From the NCBI GenBank assembly GCA_031553395.1, contig JAVBLR010000008.1:50486-114485 (forward strand): a DNA stretch of 64,000 nucleotides, given 5' to 3'. Each line of letters starts with the position of its first letter. Position 1 is the stretch's first letter. This document shows, one piece after another, positions 1-8,164 of the stretch. The position numbers were made by a program, and so were the translations under genes. The notes under the pieces were generated by a model that worked only from the letters and a program-made list of their open reading frames with translations, did not search any database and was not told the origin of the DNA. This DNA comes from Bacteroidales bacterium. GTDB lineage: Bacteria > Bacteroidota > Bacteroidia > Bacteroidales > WRGA01.

Positions 1-2
1 AA

Positions 3-698
3 TCTATCGTAACAGCAGAAGCCAGCGAATTAATCGGAGATTACAACATTACGGATTTAGAAGGAAATCCAATTACCGAAGAAGATGCAACAGATTATTT
101 GATTGTATTGGACGGACAACACCGTGTAACAGCATTCTCTAAATTAAATGCAATCAGAAAATCGGAAAATCAATTATTGATACCGAATGTTCATATCAAA
201 ACAGGATTAAAAAATGTTCGTGAGTATTTGGCTGATATAAATATGATTGGACATAATTGGAGTACAGCGGATAAAATATGTGTATCTGCAATAGCATCGG
301 AAAATAAACTCTTGGATAAAATCAATGAATTGATAAAAGAGGGTTACAATGCAAGTACCGCAATTTTAATCTGCACAGGGAAGAAAGTAACGGCAAAACA
401 ACTGAAAACATTTATCACAACAGGAGATACAAGTTGTTTCCCTGATGAAGAAGAAGCACTGGAAAGAGCTGAAAAATTTCTGACAACTGCAATGTCTATT
501 CCTGATATGGTTGTTAAAATGTTAAGTAAAAGATACTTTATAAAAGGCTTTAACTCATTTGCCAAATCAAGAAATGATGAAGACGCATTTACAGCATTGG
601 CAAACTTAACCATAGACGATTTTAAAGAAACAAAAGAAGATGAAGATTTCATCGAAAAATTAAAATTGGCTTTGGAAGCAGCTTTGGAAGCAGCCTAA
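3..698 (+). CDS. ParB/Srx-fold (ParB N-terminal-domain-like) protein, 5' end outside window
   Basis: The reading frame is open from the window edge. 'LIVLDGQHRVTAF' matches the DGQHR/ParB-type motif. The C-terminus is helical and acidic. A hairpin terminator follows. Confidence 0.55.
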   Translation, partial: SIVTAEASELIGDYNITDLEGNPITEEDATDYLIVLDGQHRVTAFSKLNAIRKSENQLLIPNVHIKTGLKNVREYLADINMIGHNWSTADKICVSAIASENKLLDKINELIKEGYNASTAILICTGKKVTAKQLKTFITTGDTSCFPDEEEALERAEKFLTTAMSIPDMVVKMLSKRYFIKGFNSFAKSRNDEDAFTALANLTIDDFKETKEDEDFIEKLKLALEAALEAA

Positions 699-713
699 AC
701 AAATCTCAAAAAG

Positions 714-745
714 AACTATCCGCAAATAAAAGCGGATAGTTTCTT
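714..745 (+). terminator. Rho-independent-type hairpin after the ParB-like gene
   Basis: A perfect 10-bp stem, aactatccgc (714-723) / gcggatagtt (732-741), has an 8-nt loop and is followed by a T-rich tail. Confidence 0.6.
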
Positions 746-1129
746 ATCTAAAATTAAATTATTAGTCTAAAGTTCTTTGACTTACTATCCTATCAATATC
801 CGAAGAAAGACACGGGTGGCTTTATTTTCCCGAAAATAATTTTACCCCGATACTTGATTTGTATTAATTTATTGATTATCTTTGCATTACAAGTTAGGTA
901 AATAATATTTAATTCAAAATTGCATTTTATCTGACTTTCTTTTTTCGAGCAACATACCCGCTCAAAAAACAGCATCAAAAATAGATTTTTAGGCACTGCA
1001 TATTTGTTCAAGACAGGTTTATGTACAAAATCTGTCTTTTATTTGCTTTCTGCCTTCTTATTTTCCTATTTCTTAGATTACTTCAATACCAAAAGAGATT
1101 ACATATTATTTATATAACACAAATATGTA

Positions 1130-2980
1130 ATGCGAAAAATCAATTACAAAAAAGTCATTAAATTAAAAACAACAGACTACATTAACAAAGCCTTTAAAAT
1201 CTTACCTTCAAACGCATTTATTCATAAGGGACGTTGCGGAATTGGCGGAACAACCTTAGAACTCGAAACAAAACGTAATTCTATCATTGTTGCACCGACA
1301 ACAGGAATAATAGATGACAAATCATTTTCAACAGATGAATACGGTAATATTAAATATCCCGATTTATTTACTGTATATGGAAATATAAAACCAAAAGATA
1401 TTATACCTTATTTACAATCAGATAAAAAGGATAAAAAGATATTTGTTACACCCGATAGTTTATATAAAATTATAGAAGCAGCGAAAGAAGCAGGGCTTTT
1501 AGAAGAACTATATAATGACTACTTTCTATTGTATGATGAATCCCATTCAATTATAACCGAAGATTTTCGAGAGAAAATGATTGAAGCCTATAATCTACAA
1601 TTCGAATTCAAACAAAGGACGTTTATATCTGCAACACCTTATTATTTTTCAGACCCCCGTTTAAAAAATTTAGATTATTACAAGATAACATTTGATGAAC
1701 CATTAGGCAAAATCAATATTATTGATGCAAGAAGTGTAAAAGAGTGCTTAAATGCTTTTCTAACCGAAAAAGTTAAGGTCAAAGGAAATGTGCACATATT
1801 TTTCAATTCAGTAACGGAAATTGGAGAAGCGATTGAATATGCAGAATTACAGGATTGTAATATTTATGTTGCAGAAAAAGACGAAAACCTTGAAAAGTTA
1901 GGTAATGCAGCAAAATTCTATGTTAAACGTCCAATAACAGGGGAATATAAAAAGTTTAATTTCTATACAACCAAATACTTTGAAGGTTGGGACTTATTCG
2001 ATACAGATGCAACAATTATTTTAGTTACCGATGTATATAAACCACATACACAAGTCGGTATAACAAACAAAGGAGTACAGGCAATCGGCAGGTTAAGATT
2101 TATTCTTGGAAAACCTGAAACAAAACCTTTTGCAGTATACCACATAACAAATCACAGATACATGGAAAAATTTAAAACAATAGACGAATTTGAAAAGAAT
2201 TTCTACTTTGAAGCAACTTGGGAAGCCGAATCATTCAATCTATATATGGAGACATGCAAAGAATACGGTTTTGAACCTGATACCGAAAGAATAAAAAACG
2301 CAAAAAAATATACGGAATTTGACAGTGAAACAGGGTTAGTTAAGGTATGTTCCGCAAAAATCGACCAATTTATTAATAACTCGGCTTGCGATGAAGAATT
2401 CAATCATATTGATTACATAAAAAGAGCTTGGGAAGGCGCAGGGTTTGAAGCAGATATACATGTGTACAAGCAAACGGCTGAAAAAGACAGGCAGCGCAAA
2501 ACGACTAAATCAGTACAAGAAATATTATCGGACTTTGAAGCATTAGACCCTCAAAATGTATTTATTTTCCATACAGATGCAGATGCAGAAAAATTAAGCC
2601 AATTGAAAACAAGACACCCGCTTATTTATAAAGCATATAAGAATCTAACAAAAGAAGAAATAGAATCTACAAAATTTAATATTAAAGTTATTGAAAAACT
2701 TTTGATATTAAAGGAAAACAAGGATGCAGAAATAGCAGTAATGAAATTACTTCCGTTGTATTTTACTGTCGGAAGGAGATATACAAAGTCAGCTATTAAA
2801 AGCATGCTTCAAGATATTTACGACAAAACAGGGTTTAATAAAACAGCAACCGCAGAACAATTGCGTTCAATGGATTGGTACGAAACCAAGTCATGCAAAA
2901 TCAAAAATAATAACGAAGAATATGAAAACGGCTTTGAAATTCTGAGAATGAAATTCAAACTGAAAGTATCTGCAAAATAA
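1130..2980 (+). CDS. SF2 (DExH-type) helicase/ATPase family protein
   Basis: Helicase motifs appear in the expected order: I-like 'GRCGIGGTT', Ia 'IIVAPTTG', II 'LLYDESHS' (DExH) and III 'FISATP'. 616 aa. Confidence 0.6.
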   Translation: MRKINYKKVIKLKTTDYINKAFKILPSNAFIHKGRCGIGGTTLELETKRNSIIVAPTTGIIDDKSFSTDEYGNIKYPDLFTVYGNIKPKDIIPYLQSDKKDKKIFVTPDSLYKIIEAAKEAGLLEELYNDYFLLYDESHSIITEDFREKMIEAYNLQFEFKQRTFISATPYYFSDPRLKNLDYYKITFDEPLGKINIIDARSVKECLNAFLTEKVKVKGNVHIFFNSVTEIGEAIEYAELQDCNIYVAEKDENLEKLGNAAKFYVKRPITGEYKKFNFYTTKYFEGWDLFDTDATIILVTDVYKPHTQVGITNKGVQAIGRLRFILGKPETKPFAVYHITNHRYMEKFKTIDEFEKNFYFEATWEAESFNLYMETCKEYGFEPDTERIKNAKKYTEFDSETGLVKVCSAKIDQFINNSACDEEFNHIDYIKRAWEGAGFEADIHVYKQTAEKDRQRKTTKSVQEILSDFEALDPQNVFIFHTDADAEKLSQLKTRHPLIYKAYKNLTKEEIESTKFNIKVIEKLLILKENKDAEIAVMKLLPLYFTVGRRYTKSAIKSMLQDIYDKTGFNKTATAEQLRSMDWYETKSCKIKNNNEEYENGFEILRMKFKLKVSAK

Positions 2981-3004
2981 GTATTGAAAGAACTTGAAAA
3001 TACA

Positions 3005-3150
3005 GATTCTCAAAATTCTTAAAAAATTATGTTATTGCCCTTCTTAGGAAAATAGCCAATAAGAGAAAAAAATAAGAATTTAAATTTTTAGATTACAAGG
3101 TGTGATTATTTACAATAAAAGTCAATGGTTGAAAGATGACGATGGTTTTT
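3005..3150 (+). repeat. Copy 1 of a ~148-bp intergenic repeat (identical 44-bp head, diverged body, terminal hairpin plus T-run)
   Basis: The head 'gattctcaaaattcttaaaaaattatgttattgcccttcttagg' is identical to 6870-6913. The tail 'aaaagtcaatggttgaaagatgacgatggttttt' is homologous to the hairpins at 4026-4057 and 6982-7017. Confidence 0.8.
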
Positions 3151-3190
3151 GCAAAATACAAACTCACTTTAATTAACAACATGTCAAAAT

Positions 3191-3334
3191 ATGAAAAACT
3201 TTAACTTTACTAACAATGTAAAATTTACTTGTAATGACAAGAAAAAAGAAGCAGAAAGCAACAGATTATATAACAATTATAAGGAGCAAGATTATATACA
3301 TCAATTAATTAAATCTCAAATACTATGCCGCTGA
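3191..3334 (+). CDS. Possible 47-aa small ORF overlapping the start of the downstream radical SAM gene by 10 nt
   Basis: An ATG at 3191 opens MKNFNFTNNVKFTCNDKKKEAESNRLYNNYKEQDYIHQLIKSQILCR, with the stop at 3332-3334. There is no homology evidence, so this could be a chance ORF in AT-rich DNA. Confidence 0.2.
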   Translation: MKNFNFTNNVKFTCNDKKKEAESNRLYNNYKEQDYIHQLIKSQILCR

Positions 3335-4023
3335 ATTTACCAGACGGAAATATGTACAAATTTATAACTCATACATGGAATCCAGTAAAAGGAAAATGTG
3401 AACATAAATGCCCTTATTGCTATATGTGCAAAGAAGGAAGACAAATACAAACCCCAATCAGATTAGATACAACAGAATTTAGAACAGATTTAAAAACAAA
3501 TAAATTCATATTTGTTGGAAGCGGAACAGATTTATTCGCTGATAATATACCTAGAGAATGGATATTGAGGACATTAGATTATTGTTATTCTTTTAATAAT
3601 GGTCTTTTTGATTATTCAAATAATTACCTGTTTCAATCAAAGAATCCAAAGAGAATGATTGAATTTCTTGAACATCCTATATTTAATGAATCAGTTGCAT
3701 GTACAACAATTGAAACAAACAGGTTTTACCCTGAATATATGGGGAATGCTCCGAATGTTAAAGAAAGAGCCTTAGCAATGCAAGAAATATCATCACGAGG
3801 AATTAAAACTTATGTTACCATAGAACCAATTATGAATTTTGATTTGGAAGAAATGATTGAATTGATAAGGATGTGCAATCCGATTCAGGTAAACATTGGT
3901 GCAAATACCAATCATGGAATTAATTTACCTGAGCCTTCAACTGACAAGATTCTGATTTTGATTGATGAACTTTCAAAGTTTACGGAAGTTGAAAAGAAAA
4001 GTAATTTATATAGATTACTGTAA
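3325..4023 (+). CDS. Radical SAM-type protein, DUF5131 / phage Gp37-Gp68-like
   Basis: The N-terminal 'THTWNPVKGKCEHKCPYCY' gives a CxxxCxxC cluster motif directly after a 'TWNP..G.C' signature typical of the Gp37/Gp68 family. 'FVGSGTDLFADNIP' resembles that family's second block. Confidence 0.55.
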   Translation: MPLNLPDGNMYKFITHTWNPVKGKCEHKCPYCYMCKEGRQIQTPIRLDTTEFRTDLKTNKFIFVGSGTDLFADNIPREWILRTLDYCYSFNNGLFDYSNNYLFQSKNPKRMIEFLEHPIFNESVACTTIETNRFYPEYMGNAPNVKERALAMQEISSRGIKTYVTIEPIMNFDLEEMIELIRMCNPIQVNIGANTNHGINLPEPSTDKILILIDELSKFTEVEKKSNLYRLL

Positions 4024-4025
4024 GC

Positions 4026-4057
4026 AAAAGCCGTTGGTTGAAATGCCAACGGTTTTT
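4026..4057. terminator. Bidirectional hairpin terminator between the convergent radical SAM genes
   Basis: The sequence aaaag-ccgttgg-ttgaaatg-ccaacgg-ttttt has an A-tract and a T-tract flanking a 7-bp stem. It is related in sequence to the hairpins ending both 148-bp repeats. Confidence 0.65.
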
Positions 4058-4189
4058 GTTATTTAAAGATGTACTTAGAAGTCTAATTTTCAGATTATGT
4101 ACCATTCTGGTATTCGGACTGTAACGAGACTTCTAAATTACACCTCTTTATCACATAACTGATGCCAGATTATTTGTAAGCTTGTATGA

Positions 4190-5155
4190 TTAACAGCTTT
4201 CATAATATGTTATAGGAAAGGAAGGAAACATAAAATCAATCATATCAGTCATTGGTTGATTCAAATCTGTTTCACCTAATGGAATTTGTTTATATAAATC
4301 TCTTCTTAATAAACATGGTTTTAATACCCCCCTTGCATCTACTCTTAAAACAAAAACCCCCTCTCCACACTCAACTTTTAATTGACAATCTTGACACATT
4401 TTTGTTTGTAATTTAGGATAACTAGAACTTTTTATTCTCCATAATTTATTATTTTTACTTTTATATTCTTTCATAATGCAACCAGTGCTATCTTGTACTG
4501 TTTTGTCAAAAACAGCATATTTACTGAAAATCTTTTCAACATTATTAGAATCTATATAACCTATTTTTTTATTATTTGACCATTGGGTTTCCATTAAATC
4601 ACAAATTAACAAGTCTGTTTTCCAATTATAGACATAATCTATCAATTCTTCTAAACAAGCTTCATTTTTCTTTGTTAAAGTATGATTAATTGTTATATTG
4701 CTTCCAATAGTAACACATTCTTTAATATTCTTTTGAAGAATATCAAAATCAAAATTTTCCCCTAGAAGATTCTTTCCTAAAGTATTATTAGTTGCATGAA
4801 CACTTAATTTTATTTGTTGTATTTTATCTAGTTTATTAAATATCTTATCTAATTCTAATCCATTTGTACAAATCGCTAATTTGCGATTAGGATTATATGC
4901 AATATCTATCAAATCAGATATATTTGAATGTAAAATAGGTTCTCCTCCAGTTAAATTTATTTCTCTAATATTCAGTTTATTTGCCTCAAATATAAGTCGA
5001 GAAAAGAAATCAATTGGGATTTGAATATTTTGCCAATGATCTAAAATACCTTCTCTATGACAAAATAGACAAGTAAGTTGACATCTGTTTGTTACTGAAA
5101 TTCGGAGTCTTCCTTTATAATAATTAAATGCATCTATTCCAGAAAGTTGTTTCAT
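4190..5155 (-). CDS. MoaA-like radical SAM enzyme with C-terminal auxiliary Cys cluster
   Basis: 'LRISVTNRCQLTCLFCHREG' is very close to the MoaA 'LRISVTDRCNxRCxYC' motif. 'NLTGGEPILH' is a SAM-binding GGE block. The C-terminal 'CQDCQLKVEC...LRVDARGVLKPCLL' resembles the MoaA second-cluster and 'RLTADGKL..CL' region. Confidence 0.7.
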   Translation of the reverse strand: MKQLSGIDAFNYYKGRLRISVTNRCQLTCLFCHREGILDHWQNIQIPIDFFSRLIFEANKLNIREINLTGGEPILHSNISDLIDIAYNPNRKLAICTNGLELDKIFNKLDKIQQIKLSVHATNNTLGKNLLGENFDFDILQKNIKECVTIGSNITINHTLTKKNEACLEELIDYVYNWKTDLLICDLMETQWSNNKKIGYIDSNNVEKIFSKYAVFDKTVQDSTGCIMKEYKSKNNKLWRIKSSSYPKLQTKMCQDCQLKVECGEGVFVLRVDARGVLKPCLLRRDLYKQIPLGETDLNQPMTDMIDFMFPSFPITYYESC

Positions 5156-5194
5156 AACATAAATTTATTTAGTTATTTTTCGGTGTATTAGCTC

Positions 5195-6016
5195 TTATTG
5201 TTTTCGTATCTTTTTTCCCTTTTTAAAATAATCTCCTAAAGTTTCAAAAGGTTCTGTTATTGGTTGATTAAATTTACTCCAAAACACATCGCTTTTTAAA
5301 TCAGGTTCTTGTAATAATGGAATGTCTCTAAATTCAGTATTTTCAATCATGATTATATGAAAAAAATTATATTTCATAGATATTGTATAATTAGAAAAAG
5401 GCAATGAACAACTCAAAGATACCTTTAAACCATCTTCCATTGGATCAAAATCTTTTGGATCACAACTTAATATATCTGTTTCTCCAATTTTTAAATTTAA
5501 AACAGAGTTTTTTAGATAAGGAAGATAAGTATTTCTAGTATTTCTATGCCTACGATAATACTTTTCTACTGTCAAAAAATGTAGGTTTTCTAAATGGGAT
5601 TTAGTTGTATTTACAAGCATTACACAAAATTGATTTTCTTCTGTTAAATAGAATGCATATGGGGAAAAAACAATTGTTTGCTTACTAGGGAACAAAAACT
5701 TCATTGTTAGAAAACTAACATATATTCCCCATAAAATGACATTTAAAATGGATTGAATATATATGATAATAAATGTAATGCCATTATAGTTGTCATAATT
5801 TAAACTAAAGAATTGAATTGAAAAACTAAATTTTAAACATTCTATATAATTATCATATACAGAAAGTAAATAATAAAATGTTGAAAAAAATACATTTTGG
5901 AAAAGTAAAAAACATAATGCTACACAGAAAAATGTAGGAATTGTTGTTTTTGAAATAAGTATATTAATTTTATTAGAATAGCCTTTCATAATCTTATATT
6001 GCAATTTTTTTTCCAA
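5195..6016 (-). CDS. Kir/KirBac-like channel-fold membrane protein with a non-canonical pore loop
   Basis: Two hydrophobic helices flank a pore-helix-like segment, 'CLKFSFSIQFFSLNYDNYNG', where Kir channels have F.FS.ET..TIGYG. After TM2, 'KFLFPSKQTIVFSPYAFYLTEENQFCVMLVN' parallels the Kir 'K...P..RA..I.FS..AVI...DG...L.FRV.N' entry into the cytoplasmic beta-rich domain. The call is by eye only. Confidence 0.45.
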   Translation of the reverse strand: MEKKLQYKIMKGYSNKINILISKTTIPTFFCVALCFLLFQNVFFSTFYYLLSVYDNYIECLKFSFSIQFFSLNYDNYNGITFIIIYIQSILNVILWGIYVSFLTMKFLFPSKQTIVFSPYAFYLTEENQFCVMLVNTTKSHLENLHFLTVEKYYRRHRNTRNTYLPYLKNSVLNLKIGETDILSCDPKDFDPMEDGLKVSLSCSLPFSNYTISMKYNFFHIIMIENTEFRDIPLLQEPDLKSDVFWSKFNQPITEPFETLGDYFKKGKKIRKQ

Positions 6017-6650
6017 GAATTAAACGCTCTGCAGCAATAAACACTTTTAAATAATAGTCATCATATCTTTTGATAAACATATCTTTATCTATTTCAAACA
6101 AATGCTGTTCTAACATATTTCCATTATAAGAAAATCCTGTACAGTATATTTTTTCTTTTTTATCACAAAACAAATTAAATCCATCTTCAATAGGTATTTC
6201 TATGATAGCATCGGATTCCTTAAAATCAATTTTAAAATCAGTTAATTTATATTGACCTAAAACAAAAAAAACGTCTGCAAATATCCTGCTTAAAAAAATA
6301 TCTTTTTGAAATAAGTCTATTCTTCTTCCTCCAAAAAACAATTGTTCTTTCGTAATTATAACTCCTAACTCCTCCTTTACTTCTTTCAACGCAGTATCTA
6401 TAGTATTCATACCATATTTAACATGTCCTGAAGCGCTCACATCAAATAATCCTGAAGCAATATTTTTTGTTATGCTTCTTTTTTGAAAAATAACACTTTT
6501 ATTCGTTGCATTTATCAGCCAACATTGACTACAAAAATGCCAAAGCCCTTGAAGATTTGCGACAGATCTTTCTGCAAACCCAATTTCTTCAAGCATGTCA
6601 TTGTATATAGAAACTATTTCATTTCCATGTTCGACTAAATTTGTCTTCAT
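5994..6650 (-). CDS. Nudix-fold hydrolase family protein (IDI/YfcD-like variant)
   Basis: The Nudix box is 'GHVKYGMNTIDTALKEVKEELGV' (G-x5-M-x7-KEVxEELGV). The first Glu is replaced by Met and the Arg by Lys. The 3' end overlaps the downstream gene by 23 nt. Confidence 0.65.
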   Translation of the reverse strand: MKTNLVEHGNEIVSIYNDMLEEIGFAERSVANLQGLWHFCSQCWLINATNKSVIFQKRSITKNIASGLFDVSASGHVKYGMNTIDTALKEVKEELGVIITKEQLFFGGRRIDLFQKDIFLSRIFADVFFVLGQYKLTDFKIDFKESDAIIEIPIEDGFNLFCDKKEKIYCTGFSYNGNMLEQHLFEIDKDMFIKRYDDYYLKVFIAAERLILGKKIAI

Positions 6651-6869
6651 AAATACATTATTACATTATATTGAACATATATTTTACATACTCCCTCATA
6701 ACTACTAAATAGGCAAAACCTTTTTATATATTTATTAAAAATTCAAATTAATAAAAAAACAATAAGATATTATGATTTAATATAAATAACCTAAATTTAT
6801 TCAATTATTTTAAATGTATATTTTGTATTGTGATTTCAAGATAAAAATACCTAGGACTAGAATAAAGTC

Positions 6870-7017
6870 GATTCTCAAAATTCTTAAAAAATTATGTTAT
6901 TGCCCTTCTTAGGGAAATATCAAATAGTGGAAAAAAATAAGAAGTCAAGTTTCTCGATTACAGAGTGTGTTTGCTCCCAATAAAAGCCGTTGGTTGAAAG
7001 TGCTGCCGACGGCTTTT
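6870..7017 (+). repeat. Copy 2 of the ~148-bp intergenic repeat, ending in a hairpin terminator (6982-7017)
   Basis: The first 44 nt are identical to 3005-3048 and the remainder is about 70% similar by eye. The terminal 'aaaagccgttggttgaaagtgctgccgacggctttt' hairpin lies 10 nt from the cyclase stop codon. Confidence 0.8.
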
Positions 7018-7027
7018 ATATATAAAA

Positions 7028-8104
7028 TCAATTTTTTGGAGAATTATCTTCCACCCATTGAGGCCTTTCAACAGAATATGAACTCTTATGTAATTCTATT
7101 TTATAAGCTAAAGCAGTTCCTTCATTTTTTATGATAACCTCTGTTTCAATTATTTTGGCATAGTTTTCACAAACTTTTAATAGTTCTTCTTTAGCAGGTT
7201 GATTTAATAAAGTATCTCCAGCTTTTGCACTAGACATTCGACATGCATACACAACAGGTATACCGACAACGGTTAATTCGTTTCTATTATTTACTAATGT
7301 AACTGTTCCATAGTCAATACCTATACCTAATCCTATATCTTTGATAAATACGTTGAAGCATTCTCTAGAACTTCTATAATGTTCATCAAAAACTTTATGA
7401 CATTCTTCTGCGGTTTTTAAAGCACGAACCATTGCAGATTCTCCACTATAAAATTTTGGGAAAAAAGCTAAAACTCCATCGCCTGTAAATTTATCAAATA
7501 CACCATAATTAAATATAATTTTATTTGATAATTTTTGGCTTAAATCTGTAATAAACTTAGAGAATAATTCAGGCTGTCTTGCTTTGAGCATAAGCTCTGT
7601 TGAACGCCTAATATCAATGGACATTACAACTGCGTCACAACTTTTCCCATTCTCAAAAGACTCTCTAAAAGTATCATCACTCAATAACTTCTGCCTTGCT
7701 TCTTCACATATTCTAGGTAATATATGATTTATTTTTTCTTTAGATTGAAGTTCTTTCTGTAATTCTGCTAATTCTGTTATCTTTTCATTTTTATCGGAAG
7801 TGGCTTCCTTGAGTTCTTTAAGAGTTTGATGATATTTACTTCTTAGATTTGTTATTTCCTGTTCTAAAACTAATTGCCTATCAAAGTTGGATTCTTTTAG
7901 TTCTATAATATTAAAATCATTCGGATTTGAAGAACCTAAAACTATATTGCCCTGCGGCTGATTTAAAGGGTCATACATGTCTATATTGTAATCTGGAGGA
8001 AATGCTGCATCTCGGATAATATCATTATAAGTTAAATGAGTGTAATTATTAGGTAACATAAATATCTCACCTTCGGTTTTCGAATCTTTTTTTCCTTTAG
8101 CCAT
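7028..8104 (-). CDS. Class III nucleotidyl cyclase (CHD) with N-terminal region and coiled coil
   Basis: The cyclase homology domain blocks are 'AVVMSIDIRRSTELM' (metal Asp block), 'KFTGDGVLAFF' and 'IGLGIGIDYGTVTL...TVVGIPVYACRMSS'. A coiled coil 'LEQEITNLRSKYHQTLKELKE...LQKELQSKEK' precedes the domain. Confidence 0.75.
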   Translation of the reverse strand: MAKGKKDSKTEGEIFMLPNNYTHLTYNDIIRDAAFPPDYNIDMYDPLNQPQGNIVLGSSNPNDFNIIELKESNFDRQLVLEQEITNLRSKYHQTLKELKEATSDKNEKITELAELQKELQSKEKINHILPRICEEARQKLLSDDTFRESFENGKSCDAVVMSIDIRRSTELMLKARQPELFSKFITDLSQKLSNKIIFNYGVFDKFTGDGVLAFFPKFYSGESAMVRALKTAEECHKVFDEHYRSSRECFNVFIKDIGLGIGIDYGTVTLVNNRNELTVVGIPVVYACRMSSAKAGDTLLNQPAKEELLKVCENYAKIIETEVIIKNEGTALAYKIELHKSSYSVERPQWVEDNSPKN

Positions 8105-8156
8105 AAAATTAATTATTTATTTGTTTTTTCAACCTATTAAAAACCGTTGCAATATA

Positions 8157-8164
8157 CAAAAATA
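8157..8164 (-). promoter_or_regulatory. Bacteroidota -7 box (TAttTTTG on minus strand) upstream of the cyclase gene
   Basis: The plus strand reads 'caaaaata', the reverse complement of TAnnTTTG, 53 nt upstream of the ATG at 8104. No clear -33 TTTG was seen. Confidence 0.35.

Noticed and set aside
793-1011. A 72-aa minus-strand ORF lies in the ParB-helicase spacer.
   Set aside because: It sits in AT-rich intergenic DNA, shows no motif and has implausible composition. This is more likely the promoter region of the helicase gene.
7028-8104. The cyclase could be called a canonical Pycsar PycC with its effector.
   Set aside because: No neighbouring protein shows a recognisable cNMP-binding (CAP-like) domain fused to TM or TIR modules. 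A repeat and terminator also separate the cyclase from the next operon. Only a Pycsar-like analogy is justified.
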